Shown: positions 34,290 through 42,352, counted from the stretch's first letter. The stretch: 57,159 nt of DNA from Clostridia bacterium (GCA_017452895.1 JAFTLE010000071.1:1-57159); one strand, 5' to 3'. Notes: generated from the letters alone by a model not told the origin. Made by a program: numbers and translations.

Positions 34290-35337
34290 TGCAGATCATC
34301 AACGTTCGCACCGGCAGACCCTACACCGTAAAAATTGAAAACGGCATTCTATCCCGCGCCGCCACGCTGATTGCGGCCGGCATGGAGGGACGCCATACCG
34401 TCATCGTCACCGACGACAACGTCGCACCGCTGTATGCCGAATCGCTTCGTGCAGATCTTCAGGCGGCGGGCATCCGCGCCGATCTTTTCGTTTTCCCGCA
34501 CGGTGAGGGGCATAAGACGGTCGATACCGTCACCGCGCTTTTGTCCTTCCTTGTGGAAAAGGAGATCACGCGGCGCGACTTTCTCGTCGCCCTCGGCGGC
34601 GGCATCGTCGGGGATCTTTGCGGCTTTGCCGCCGCGATCCATCTGCGCGGCATCCCCTTCGTCGGGATCCCGACCACGTTGCTTGCTGCGGTCGACTCCT
34701 CGGTCGGCGGCAAGACGGGCGTGAATCTCAACGGACTGAAAAATCAGGTCGGTGCCTTCTGGCAGCCCTCACTCGTTTTGTGCGACCCCGAGACCTTCCG
34801 TACCCTGCCCGCCGCCGACTACGCCGACGGAATGGCAGAGGTGATCAAATACGCCATCCTCTTTGACCCTGCGCTTTACAAATCGCTCCTTGGCGACTTC
34901 GATCTGTGCGAGGTGATTGCGAAATGCGTTGACCTCAAGCGCGCGGTCGTTGAGGAGGATGAGCGCGACACGGGCCGCCGTCAGCTTCTGAACCTTGGCC
35001 ACACGGTCGGCCACGCGATCGAAAAATGCTCGGGCGGCAGTATCTCGCACGGCAAGGCGGTCGCAATGGGTACGGTGCTGGTCACCCGCGCCGCCGTTGA
35101 GCGCGGAATTTGTAAAGAAAACTTTACAGCTTCTCTGCAAAAGCTTCTTCTTTCGCACGGGCTTCCCGACGAATGTCCCTATCCGTTGACCGCCCTTTTG
35201 ACTTATATGAAAAGCGACAAAAGCGCGGCGGGGATGAGATTACGCTGGTTTTACCGCGAAAGATCGGTGATTGCATTCTCCACACGCTCCCGCTTTCCGA
35301 GCTTCCCGCACTGCTTTCGGCGGAGGATCTGCTATGA
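34289..35337 (+). pseudogene. aroB: 3-dehydroquinate synthase with a 1-nt frameshift near codon 311 (true lesion or assembly error)
   Basis: The frame from ATG 34289 is canonical AroB (GGGIVGDLCGFAAA, NLGHTVGHAIE) up to ...TYMKSDK. The canonical C-terminus KRGGDEITLVLPRKIGDCILHTLPLSELPALLSAEDLL continues one frame over, from 35221 to TGA 35335-35337. That stop overlaps the aroA ATG. The break is at the AAAA run 35219-35222. Confidence 0.85.
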
Positions 35338-36602
35338 CTGTTACCGTTTCACCCGCGCGCCCGCTTCGGGGTGCGATCAGCGCACCCGCGTCGAAATCCG
35401 ACGCGCACCGCGCAATCATCGCGGCGGCACTCGCCGACCGTACCACAAGCATTGCATTATCCGAGCTTTGCTCCGACACGCGCGCAACGCTCGACTGCCT
35501 TTCGGCAATGGGCGCGTCCTTCACGCATGCGGAGGGCGTACTGACCGTCACACCGATCGCTAAGACGGCGAAGGCTCCTCTGCTCGACGCGAACGAGAGC
35601 GGCTCGACGCTTCGCTTCCTTCTCCCCGTTGCCGCCGCGCTCGGCATCGACGCCCACGTCACGGGTCGCGGCAGACTGCCCGAGCGGCCGATCGCGCCGC
35701 TGCTTTCGGAGCTCTGCTCACACGGCGTAACCTTTGACAGCGGCCGCCTGCCGCTTTCGATGAGGGGTCGACTCACGGGGGGCGACTTCACTCTGCCGGG
35801 CGATCTTTCCTCACAGTTTATTTCGGGACTGCTCTTTGCCCTGCCCCTGACGGGTGATGCCTGTCGCATCACGGTCACGGGTAGGCTTGAAAGCGAAAAA
35901 TACGTTGAAATGACGCGCGCGCTTCTTCACCGCTACGGCGTGCATTGGGAAAAGCGCGAAAACACCTACCTGCTCGCCGCGGGTGCCGCCTACCGCAGTC
36001 CCCTTTCTTACTCGGTTGAGGGCGACTATTCGGGTGCCGCCTTCTACCTCGTTGCGGGTGCGCTCGGTGGCGATACGGAAATTTCCATTTTAGGAAAAGA
36101 CAGCCTGCAAGCCGACCGTGCGGTGCTTGACGCGCTCGTACTCGCCGGCGCGGAGGTGACCGAAAACGAAGGACGCATCCGCGTGCACGCACAAAAGCTT
36201 CGCCCCTTCACCTTTGACGTTTCGGCTTGTCCCGATATTTTTCCAATTCTGGCAATTCTCGCCGCCGCGGCGGAGGGGGAAAGCCACCTTGTCGGCGCGG
36301 CACGCCTGCGGATCAAGGAGAGCGACCGCATCGCCGCGACCGCTTCCCTTCTGCGTTCGCTCGGAGGCTCGGTCACGGAGCACCCCGACTCGCTTTCCAT
36401 TTTTGGAAACGGCAGACTCTCGGGAGGTCGCGTTGACGGCGCAAACGATCACCGCATTGTGATGAGCGCGGCGGTCGCCGCAATCCTTGCCGACGCACCC
36501 GTCGTCATTACGGATGCGGAGGCGGTCAACAAATCCTATCCCGCATTCTTCGCAGACTATCAATTGCTTGGAGGAAAAGTCGATGGAATCGAGCTTCGGT
36601 AA
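35334..36602 (+). CDS. aroA: 3-phosphoshikimate 1-carboxyvinyltransferase (EPSP synthase)
   Basis: ATG 35334 (ATGA overlap with the restored aroB stop). MTVTVSPARPLRGAISAPASKSDAHRAI, LPGDLSSQF, ESDR and DHRIVMSAAV motifs. Confidence 0.93.
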   Translation: MTVTVSPARPLRGAISAPASKSDAHRAIIAAALADRTTSIALSELCSDTRATLDCLSAMGASFTHAEGVLTVTPIAKTAKAPLLDANESGSTLRFLLPVAAALGIDAHVTGRGRLPERPIAPLLSELCSHGVTFDSGRLPLSMRGRLTGGDFTLPGDLSSQFISGLLFALPLTGDACRITVTGRLESEKYVEMTRALLHRYGVHWEKRENTYLLAAGAAYRSPLSYSVEGDYSGAAFYLVAGALGGDTEISILGKDSLQADRAVLDALVLAGAEVTENEGRIRVHAQKLRPFTFDVSACPDIFPILAILAAAAEGESHLVGAARLRIKESDRIAATASLLRSLGGSVTEHPDSLSIFGNGRLSGGRVDGANDHRIVMSAAVAAILADAPVVITDAEAVNKSYPAFFADYQLLGGKVDGIELR

Positions 36603-37656
36603 GCATATCAGGGTCACCGTGTTTGGCGAATCGCACGGCGCATGCATCGGCGGCAGGGTCGAAAACCTACCCGCGGGCATTCCGCTTGATACCGATGCGC
36701 TGATGGCGTTTATGCGCCGCCGCCAGGGGGGCGGCAAAATGACCACCCCGAGAAAGGAAGCCGACCTTCCGATCTTCACCGCGGGCATCACCAACGGCGT
36801 GACCGACGGAAGTACACTTTGCTTTACAATTGAGAATCAGAACACGCGCTCGTCCGACTACGACCGCTTCCGCGATACGCCGCGCCCCTCGCACGCCGAC
36901 TACACCGCTCTTCTCCGGTTTGGCGATGAATGCGACATCCGCGGCGGCGGCCACTTTTCGGGTCGGCTGACCGCCCCCGTCTGTGTGGCGGGCTACTTTG
37001 CCCTCGCCGCACTTGCACAGCAGGGCATCTCGGTCGGCGCGCACCTTTATTCGGTTGGCGGCGCGGCGGATGCGCCCTACGACCCCGTTGCGGTGTGCCC
37101 TGCAGATTTCCGAAATCTTGAGCATTTCCCCGCGCGCGACGCGTGCGCGGCTGAAAAAATGATGGCGGAGATCGCCGCCGCCGCGGCGGAGGGCGACTCG
37201 GTCGGCGGCATCGTCGAATGCGCCGTCACGGGGCTCCCCGCAGGGCTTGGAGATCCGCTCTACGACGGTATTGAAAACCGTCTCGCGGCAACCCTCTTCG
37301 GGCTTGGCGGGGTGCGCGGCGTTGAGTTCGGGACGGGCTTTGCCGCCGCCACAATGCGCGGTCACCTCCACAACGACCCCTTCGTGAAAAAGGACGGAAA
37401 AATTCAAACCGTCACCAACCACCACGGCGGCGTGCTCGGTGGGATCAGCAGTGGAATGCCAATCCTCTTGCGCGTTGCGTTCAAGCCGACCGCCTCGATC
37501 TCGATGCCTCAGACCACCCTTTCGTTCAAAACGGGGGAGCAGGTGACACTCTCGGTCACTGGGCGGCACGATCCCTGCATCGCGGTACGCGCCGTCCCCT
37601 GCGTGGAGGCGCAGGCGGCACTCGTTTTACTCGATTTTCTGACCGAACAACGGTAA
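36583..37656 (+). CDS. aroC: chorismate synthase
   Basis: ATG 36583 with a GGAGGAAAAG RBS, overlapping the aroA end by 20 nt. FGESHG, RPSHADY and GGHFSGR motifs. Confidence 0.93.
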   Translation: MESSFGKHIRVTVFGESHGACIGGRVENLPAGIPLDTDALMAFMRRRQGGGKMTTPRKEADLPIFTAGITNGVTDGSTLCFTIENQNTRSSDYDRFRDTPRPSHADYTALLRFGDECDIRGGGHFSGRLTAPVCVAGYFALAALAQQGISVGAHLYSVGGAADAPYDPVAVCPADFRNLEHFPARDACAAEKMMAEIAAAAAEGDSVGGIVECAVTGLPAGLGDPLYDGIENRLAATLFGLGGVRGVEFGTGFAAATMRGHLHNDPFVKKDGKIQTVTNHHGGVLGGISSGMPILLRVAFKPTASISMPQTTLSFKTGEQVTLSVTGRHDPCIAVRAVPCVEAQAALVLLDFLTEQR

Positions 37657-37671
37657 AAAAGGATAAGAGCT

Positions 37672-38811
37672 ATGGATTTGAAGGAAGCAAGACAAGAGAT
37701 CGACGGCATCAATCAATCGATCCTCGATCTTTTCAAGAGACGGATGGAGGCAGTCCGCGCGGTCGCAGAGGAAAAAAAGAGGACAGGCACGCCGATCTTT
37801 AACGGGCAACGGGAGCGTGAGATCCTCGCCGATGTCGCAGAGGCGGCGGGTGAGGAGCTTGAGACCTACGCCAAGATCCTCTTTCAGACGCTGATGGATG
37901 TTTCGCGCTCCTATCAGACGCGTCTGCTTGACCGTCAGGGCAGTATTTCCCTGAAGATCAAGGAGGCGGTCGCCGCCACCCCCGCGATCTTCCCGAACAA
38001 GGGAACGGTTGCCTGCCAGGGGGTCGAGGGCGCGTATTCACAGATCGCCGCAGACCGACTCTTCGGATTGCAGAAGATCCTCTACTTCAAGGATTTTGAG
38101 GGCGTGTTTGCCGCTGTGCAGAGCGGACTTTGCAGCTACGGCGTTCTGCCGATCGAGAACAGCACCTACGGCACGGTCAACGAGGTCTACGATCTGATGC
38201 AAAAGCACCGCTTTAGCATCGTTCGCTCCCTAAAGCTACGCATCGACCACAAGCTCTTAACGAAGCCCGGCGTCAATCTGTCCGAGGTCACCGAGGTCTT
38301 CTCACACGCACAGGCGATCGGTCAGTGTGCGCGCTTCCTTGCGGAGCATCCGAGCATCAAGGTCACGGTTTGTGAGAACACCGCCGTCGCCGCGAAGCGA
38401 GTTGCCGACTCGGACCGCCGCGACGTCGCCGCGATCGCCTCGGCATCCTGCGCGCGCCTTTACGGGCTTTCGCCGCTGTCCGTCCACGTGGCGAACAACG
38501 ACGGAAATTACACGCGCTTCATCTGCATCTCGAAGGAGGGACAGATCTTCTCGGGCGCCGACCGCATCAGCCTGACCGTCACCGTACCGAACACCCCGGG
38601 CTCGCTCTACTACCTGCTCGCCAAGTTCTGTGCGGAGGGCTTCAACCTGACGAAGCTTGAAAACCGACCGATCGAGGGCAGTGACTTCGACGTGCGCTTC
38701 TACTTTGATTTCGAGGCGCCCGTACTGTCCGACCGCGCGCTGGCACTGCTTGACGATCTGGAAGCATCGTGTGAGACCTTCACCTTCCTCGGCGGATATA
38801 CGGAGGTATAA
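37672..38811 (+). CDS. pheA: bifunctional chorismate mutase / prephenate dehydratase with a C-terminal ACT domain
   Basis: N-terminal CM_2 wording (EIDGINQSILDLFKRRMEAVRAVAEEK), PDT core (VACQGVEGAYSQIAA, ENSTYGTV, TRF) and an ACT-like tail. Confidence 0.9.
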   Translation: MDLKEARQEIDGINQSILDLFKRRMEAVRAVAEEKKRTGTPIFNGQREREILADVAEAAGEELETYAKILFQTLMDVSRSYQTRLLDRQGSISLKIKEAVAATPAIFPNKGTVACQGVEGAYSQIAADRLFGLQKILYFKDFEGVFAAVQSGLCSYGVLPIENSTYGTVNEVYDLMQKHRFSIVRSLKLRIDHKLLTKPGVNLSEVTEVFSHAQAIGQCARFLAEHPSIKVTVCENTAVAAKRVADSDRRDVAAIASASCARLYGLSPLSVHVANNDGNYTRFICISKEGQIFSGADRISLTVTVPNTPGSLYYLLAKFCAEGFNLTKLENRPIEGSDFDVRFYFDFEAPVLSDRALALLDDLEASCETFTFLGGYTEV

Positions 38812-40053
38812 ATGTTCTATCTGATCGGAAAAAGCCTCGCGCACAGCTATTCGGCGGAGATCCACCGCGCCTTCGGCCGCTACGATTACGCCCTGCAAAA
38901 TCTGCCGCCGGAGGCGGTCGGTGACTTCCTTAAGCACGGCGAGTGGGAGGGACTCAATGTCACCATCCCCTACAAGCAGACCGTGCTCCCCTTCCTTGAC
39001 GAGATCAGCGAGGAGGCAAAAAGCATTGGCAGCGTTAACACGATCGTCCGTAGCGGCGACCGCCTTGTCGGTCACAACACCGACTATCTCGGCTTTTTCG
39101 CTATGGCGTACCGCGCGGGCATTCTCTTCGGCGGGCGAAAGGTCGTCATCCTCGGCAGCGGCGGCACCTGTCTGACCGCATCCGCCGTCGCACGCGACTG
39201 CGGTGCGCGTGAGATCGTCGTGATCTCGCGCACGGGGGAGAACACCTACGATACGCTCCCGCGGCATTACGATGCCGAGATCCTCATCAATACCACCCCC
39301 GTTGGGATGTACCCAAGCAACGGCGCGTCGGCTATATCGCTTACGCCCTTTCAAAGGCTCGTCGGCGTGATCGACGTGATCTACAATCCGCTGGAGACCC
39401 CGATCCTTCGGGAGGCGCGTCTGCGCGGGATCGCTTCGACGGGCGGTCTTTATATGCTCGTCGCACAGGCGGCGGTCGCTGCGGGTCATTTCTGCGGGGA
39501 CAAGCCCGAGAAGGCAGAGATCGACGCCGTCTACAAAAGCATCCTGCAGCAGAAGGCCAACATCGTCCTGCTCGGTATGCCCGGCGTCGGCAAAAGCACC
39601 GTCGCACGCGCGCTCGCGGCAAAAACGGGGCGCGAGATCCTCGACACCGACCAAATGATCGAGACACGCGCGGGGATGGCGATTCCCGAGATCTTCAAAA
39701 CGGTGGGGGAAGCGAAATTCCGCGACCTTGAATGCGAGGCGATCGCCGAGGCAGGCAAGCAAAGCGGAAAGATCATCGCCACGGGCGGCGGTGCCGTCCT
39801 GCGGGAGGAAAACCTTAACCCCCTGACGCAAAACGGGCGGCTCTACTTCCTTCTGCGCCCGCTTGACACGCTCGCGCGGGATAATCGACCGCTCTCGCAA
39901 AACGCAGACCTTGCCCAAATGTATCAGACGCGCTTGCCGCTTTACTTAAAATTCTCCGACGCAACGGTGGAAAACAAGGACCCCGACACCTGCGCCGACG
40001 AAATTTTGGAGGAATTCTGTGAAAATATTGGTTATAAACGGTCCAAACCTTAA
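38812..40053 (+). CDS. aroE: fused shikimate dehydrogenase / shikimate kinase
   Basis: The AroE part has NVTIPYKQ, NTDYLGF and GSGGT. The AroK part, from about residue 245, has IVLLGMPGVGKSTVARALA and ATGGGAV. The ATG immediately follows the pheA stop. Confidence 0.88.
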   Translation: MFYLIGKSLAHSYSAEIHRAFGRYDYALQNLPPEAVGDFLKHGEWEGLNVTIPYKQTVLPFLDEISEEAKSIGSVNTIVRSGDRLVGHNTDYLGFFAMAYRAGILFGGRKVVILGSGGTCLTASAVARDCGAREIVVISRTGENTYDTLPRHYDAEILINTTPVGMYPSNGASAISLTPFQRLVGVIDVIYNPLETPILREARLRGIASTGGLYMLVAQAAVAAGHFCGDKPEKAEIDAVYKSILQQKANIVLLGMPGVGKSTVARALAAKTGREILDTDQMIETRAGMAIPEIFKTVGEAKFRDLECEAIAEAGKQSGKIIATGGGAVLREENLNPLTQNGRLYFLLRPLDTLARDNRPLSQNADLAQMYQTRLPLYLKFSDATVENKDPDTCADEILEEFCENIGYKRSKP

Positions 40054-40453
40054 TCTGCTCGGTATTCGCGAGCCGAGCATCTACGGCAGCGCGACCTACG
40101 CCGACCTTTGCGCGCGCATAAAGGAAAAATGCGATGCGGAGGGCATCGCGGTCTCCTTCGTCCAGTCGAATCACGAGGGCGAGCTTGTCGACGCCATCCA
40201 GTCCACCTACGGAGCCTGCGACGGCATCGTGATCAACCCGGGTGCCTACACGCACACGAGCATCGCGCTGCTTGACGCGGTCAAGGCGGTCGGCACGCCG
40301 ACCGTTGAGGTCCATATCTCCGACCTCGCCGCGCGTGAGGCGTTCCGTCAGATCTCCTATGTCCGCGCCGCTTGTATCGGCACGATCGCAGGCCGCGGCT
40401 TTGACGGCTACCTCGATGCCATCGACCTTTTGAAGCTGCACCTGCAAAAATAA
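40019..40453 (+). CDS. aroQ: type II 3-dehydroquinate dehydratase
   Basis: GTG 40019 lies 7 nt after GGAGG and overlaps the aroE/K end by 35 nt. KILVINGPNLNLLGIREPSIYG, SNHEGEL and INPGAYTHTS motifs. Confidence 0.92.
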   Translation: MKILVINGPNLNLLGIREPSIYGSATYADLCARIKEKCDAEGIAVSFVQSNHEGELVDAIQSTYGACDGIVINPGAYTHTSIALLDAVKAVGTPTVEVHISDLAAREAFRQISYVRAACIGTIAGRGFDGYLDAIDLLKLHLQK

Positions 40454-40456
40454 CAA

Positions 40457-40483
40457 AAAAGCACCCTTCGGGGTGCTTTTTTC
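40457..40483 (+). terminator. intrinsic terminator of the aro supraoperon
   Basis: AAAAAAGCACCC-TTCG-GGGTGCTTTTTT. Confidence 0.8.
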
Positions 40484-40613
40484 TTTGGTGGGCTAACTCC
40501 AGAGCTATCCAAACCGATGTAGCTTTCACTTTTTAACTCTTCACTATTACCTATTACTTCAAAATTCTCGGGAGCAATTCCGTTGAAAAGTGAAGAGTGA
40601 AGAGGTAATAAGT

Positions 40614-40647
40614 AAAAATTCTCGGGATCTTTGCTCCCGAGAATTTT
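40614..40647 (-). terminator. 13-bp-stem hairpin directly 3' of the duplicated tRNA half (probable original tRNA terminator)
   Basis: AAAATTCTCGGGA-TCTTTGC-TCCCGAGAATTTT, perfect and flanked by A and T runs. Confidence 0.7.
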
Positions 40648-40690
40648 TGGTGGGCCATCAGGGACTCGAACCCCGGACCGACCGGTTATG
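40648..40690 (-). repeat. orphan copy of the tRNA(CAT) 3' half (anticodon to CCA)
   Basis: The 43 nt at 40648-40690 are identical to 40906-40948 of the intact tRNA. Identity stops exactly 5' of the anticodon CAT. Confidence 0.9.
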
Positions 40691-40866
40691 CTCCTTGCGA
40701 GCCCCGTCTGTGACGGCAGTGCTTTGCACCTTGCATCGCTTTGCGATGCGCTCACGGAGCAATCTGCACTCGCTCGCTTGAACGCGGGCATTCAGACTCG
40801 CTTCGTTTGATTATGTAGCCTCCGGCTCAAACCGATCGATCGGATCCCAGCTCAACTCGCGAAAAG

Positions 40867-40911
40867 CCACCAAAGAAAAAAGCACCCCGCGGGTGCTTTT
40901 TTCTTTGGTGG
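40867..40911. terminator. 45-bp palindrome/terminator immediately 3' of the intact tRNA
   Basis: CCACCAAAGAAAAAAGCACCC-CGC-GGGTGCTTTTTTCTTTGGTGG with 21-bp perfect arms. The right arm includes the tRNA CCACCA end. The core resembles the aroQ terminator. Confidence 0.8.
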
Positions 40912-40982
40912 GCCATCAGGGACTCGAACCCCGGACCGACCGGTTATGAGCCGGTTGCTCTAACCAGCTGAGCTAGTGGCCC
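40906..40982 (-). tRNA. tRNA with anticodon CAT (elongator Met, or Ile2 after lysidine modification), CCA encoded
   Basis: The minus strand GGGCCAC-TA-GCTC-AGCTGGTTA-GAGC-A-ACCGG-CTCATAA-CCGGT-CGGTC-CGGGG-TTCGAGT-CCCTG-ATGGCCC-ACCA folds as a 77-nt cloverleaf. It is not an initiator type (G1-C72 pair, no GGG/CCC anticodon stem). Confidence 0.93.
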
Positions 40983-41064
40983 GATACAAGATATTATTCT
41001 ATCAAACAAATGTGAACAAAAAGAAAACAAACGAGGCTTGATCAAAAAGTTTTTGAAAAAGCAT

Positions 41065-41100
41065 AAAAGGTGCTGTGGCAAATTTGCGACAGCACCTTTT
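41065..41100. terminator. 36-bp near-perfect palindrome / bidirectional terminator
   Basis: AAAAGGTGCTGTGGCAAA|TTTGCGACAGCACCTTTT with one mismatch, about 165 nt downstream of wecB. Confidence 0.6.
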
Positions 41101-41266
41101 CTAAGGCTTGAAGGGTTCAAATGATCAGCGCTGTTTCCTTGGTCAACGCGCTGGTATTATACCCGAATACAGAGAAGGCTAAAGGGGCTTCCATTTTTGG
41201 AAATCAAAAATCGATCTGTTTCCGTTCATGGAAATTTTTTGCCATCAAGCCCGTTGTTTCAGCTCT

Positions 41267-42352
41267 TTATGTAAGGTTTTCTTTACAAATTGCGTCTGCG
41301 ATCCGCTCGGATGCGTGCCCGTCGCCGTAGGGGCAGGGGGCGTTTTCCATTTTGCGGCGCGCCGCGGGGTCGCAAATCAGACGGTGCGCCGCCGCAAAGA
41401 CCGCGTCGCCATCGGTACCGACGGCAAGCGCCGCACCCACAGCGATCGCCTCGGTGCGTTCGGTCTGCGCGCGCAGGATCAGCGTCGGGATGTGCAAAAA
41501 GCTCGCCTCCTCACACACGCCGCCGCTATCGGTCAGCACCAGCGTCGCACGCGCCAAAAGATTTGCAAATACCGCGGGCGGCAGAGCCTCGCACGTCACC
41601 ACGCGCGGCAGGTCGGCAAGGGCGCGACGCGCCGCCTCGCCAACGGCGTTTTTGTGTAGCGGAAACACCAGCGTCACATCGGGGTGCGCCGCCACAATGC
41701 GCCGTACCGCTGAGAAGACCGCTTCCATCGGCGCACCGATGCTCTCGCGCCGATGGAGTGTGAGCAGCAGGAGCCGCCCTGCGGGGAGCAGGGCGTGGTG
41801 AAACTCGCGCCGCAGGGTGTAGCGGAGCGCGTCAAGCCCCGTGTTCCCCGTCACGAAGATGCGCTCGCTTGGAATTCCCTCTCGCAGAAGGTTCTCGCGC
41901 GCCGCCGCCGTCGGCGCGAAATGCAGACGCGCAAGCGGCGCGATCATCCTTCTGTGCGCCTCCTCGGGATAGGGCAGGTCGGCGTAGGTACGCAGTCCCG
42001 CCTCAACGTGGAAAACGGGCACGCCGCGGTAAAACGCCGCGAGTGCCGCGGCGGTGGCACTCAGCGTGTCGCCCTGCACAACGGCGGCATGCGGCATCTC
42101 ACGCCCGAGCGTCTCGCCACACGTGGCAAACACACGCGCAAAAAGCGCCGATAGAGGAAGGCCCGCGGGGAGACGGTACACCTCGTCGGGAAAGATTCCA
42201 AACGGATCGAACGCCCCCGCAAGCAGGTCGCGGTGCTGACCCGTCACGCACGTGCGGACGGCAACCCCCTCACGCTCCTTCAGCACGCGCACAAGCGGAC
42301 AGAGCTTGGTTGCTTCAGGCCGCGTGCCGATGAAAAATTGTATCTTTTTCAA
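41267..42352 (-). CDS. wecB: UDP-N-acetylglucosamine 2-epimerase (non-hydrolysing)
   Basis: TTG start 42350-42352, 4 nt after AGAGGTGA. KKIQFFIGTRPEATKL, VQGDTLS, HVEAGLRT and TDSGGVCEEA motifs. The track ORF start further upstream has no RBS. Confidence 0.88.
   Translation of the reverse strand: MKKIQFFIGTRPEATKLCPLVRVLKEREGVAVRTCVTGQHRDLLAGAFDPFGIFPDEVYRLPAGLPLSALFARVFATCGETLGREMPHAAVVQGDTLSATAAALAAFYRGVPVFHVEAGLRTYADLPYPEEAHRRMIAPLARLHFAPTAAARENLLREGIPSERIFVTGNTGLDALRYTLRREFHHALLPAGRLLLLTLHRRESIGAPMEAVFSAVRRIVAAHPDVTLVFPLHKNAVGEAARRALADLPRVVTCEALPPAVFANLLARATLVLTDSGGVCEEASFLHIPTLILRAQTERTEAIAVGAALAVGTDGDAVFAAAHRLICDPAARRKMENAPCPYGDGHASERIADAICKENLT

Noticed and set aside
34289-35563. Track ORF giving a 424-aa AroB
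   Set aside because: The last ~115 residues (from SAAGMRLRWFYRERSV onward) are out-of-frame read-through overlapping aroA. The canonical C-terminus is in the adjacent frame and ends at 35337.
38302-39918. 538-aa minus-strand ORF
   Set aside because: Antisense to pheA and aroE/aroK within a tightly coupled operon. No motifs.
40648-40905. Group I intron interrupting a second tRNA(CAT) gene
   Set aside because: The junction (…GGAG|CATAACC) would fit an intron ending in G before the 3' exon. However, no 5' exon exists: no sequence upstream can supply the acceptor 5' strand GGGCCAC, the D-arm or the anticodon-stem 5' strand. I could not recognise P3/P7-type core elements.
40648-40905. tmRNA (ssrA)
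   Set aside because: The 3' end is tRNA-like, but there is no complementary 5' acceptor strand and no GGGG...TTCGAC 5' domain. There is also no resume codon or tag reading frame ending in an ALAA-type sequence.
41101-41266. Small ORFs or an sRNA downstream of wecB (TATAAT at about 41150 on the minus strand, hairpin CAGCGC...GCGCTG, then the 41065-41100 palindrome)
   Set aside because: There is no convincing -35 element. The candidate peptides (13-25 aa) lack an RBS. This could simply be the wecB 3' UTR, and it is too speculative to call.
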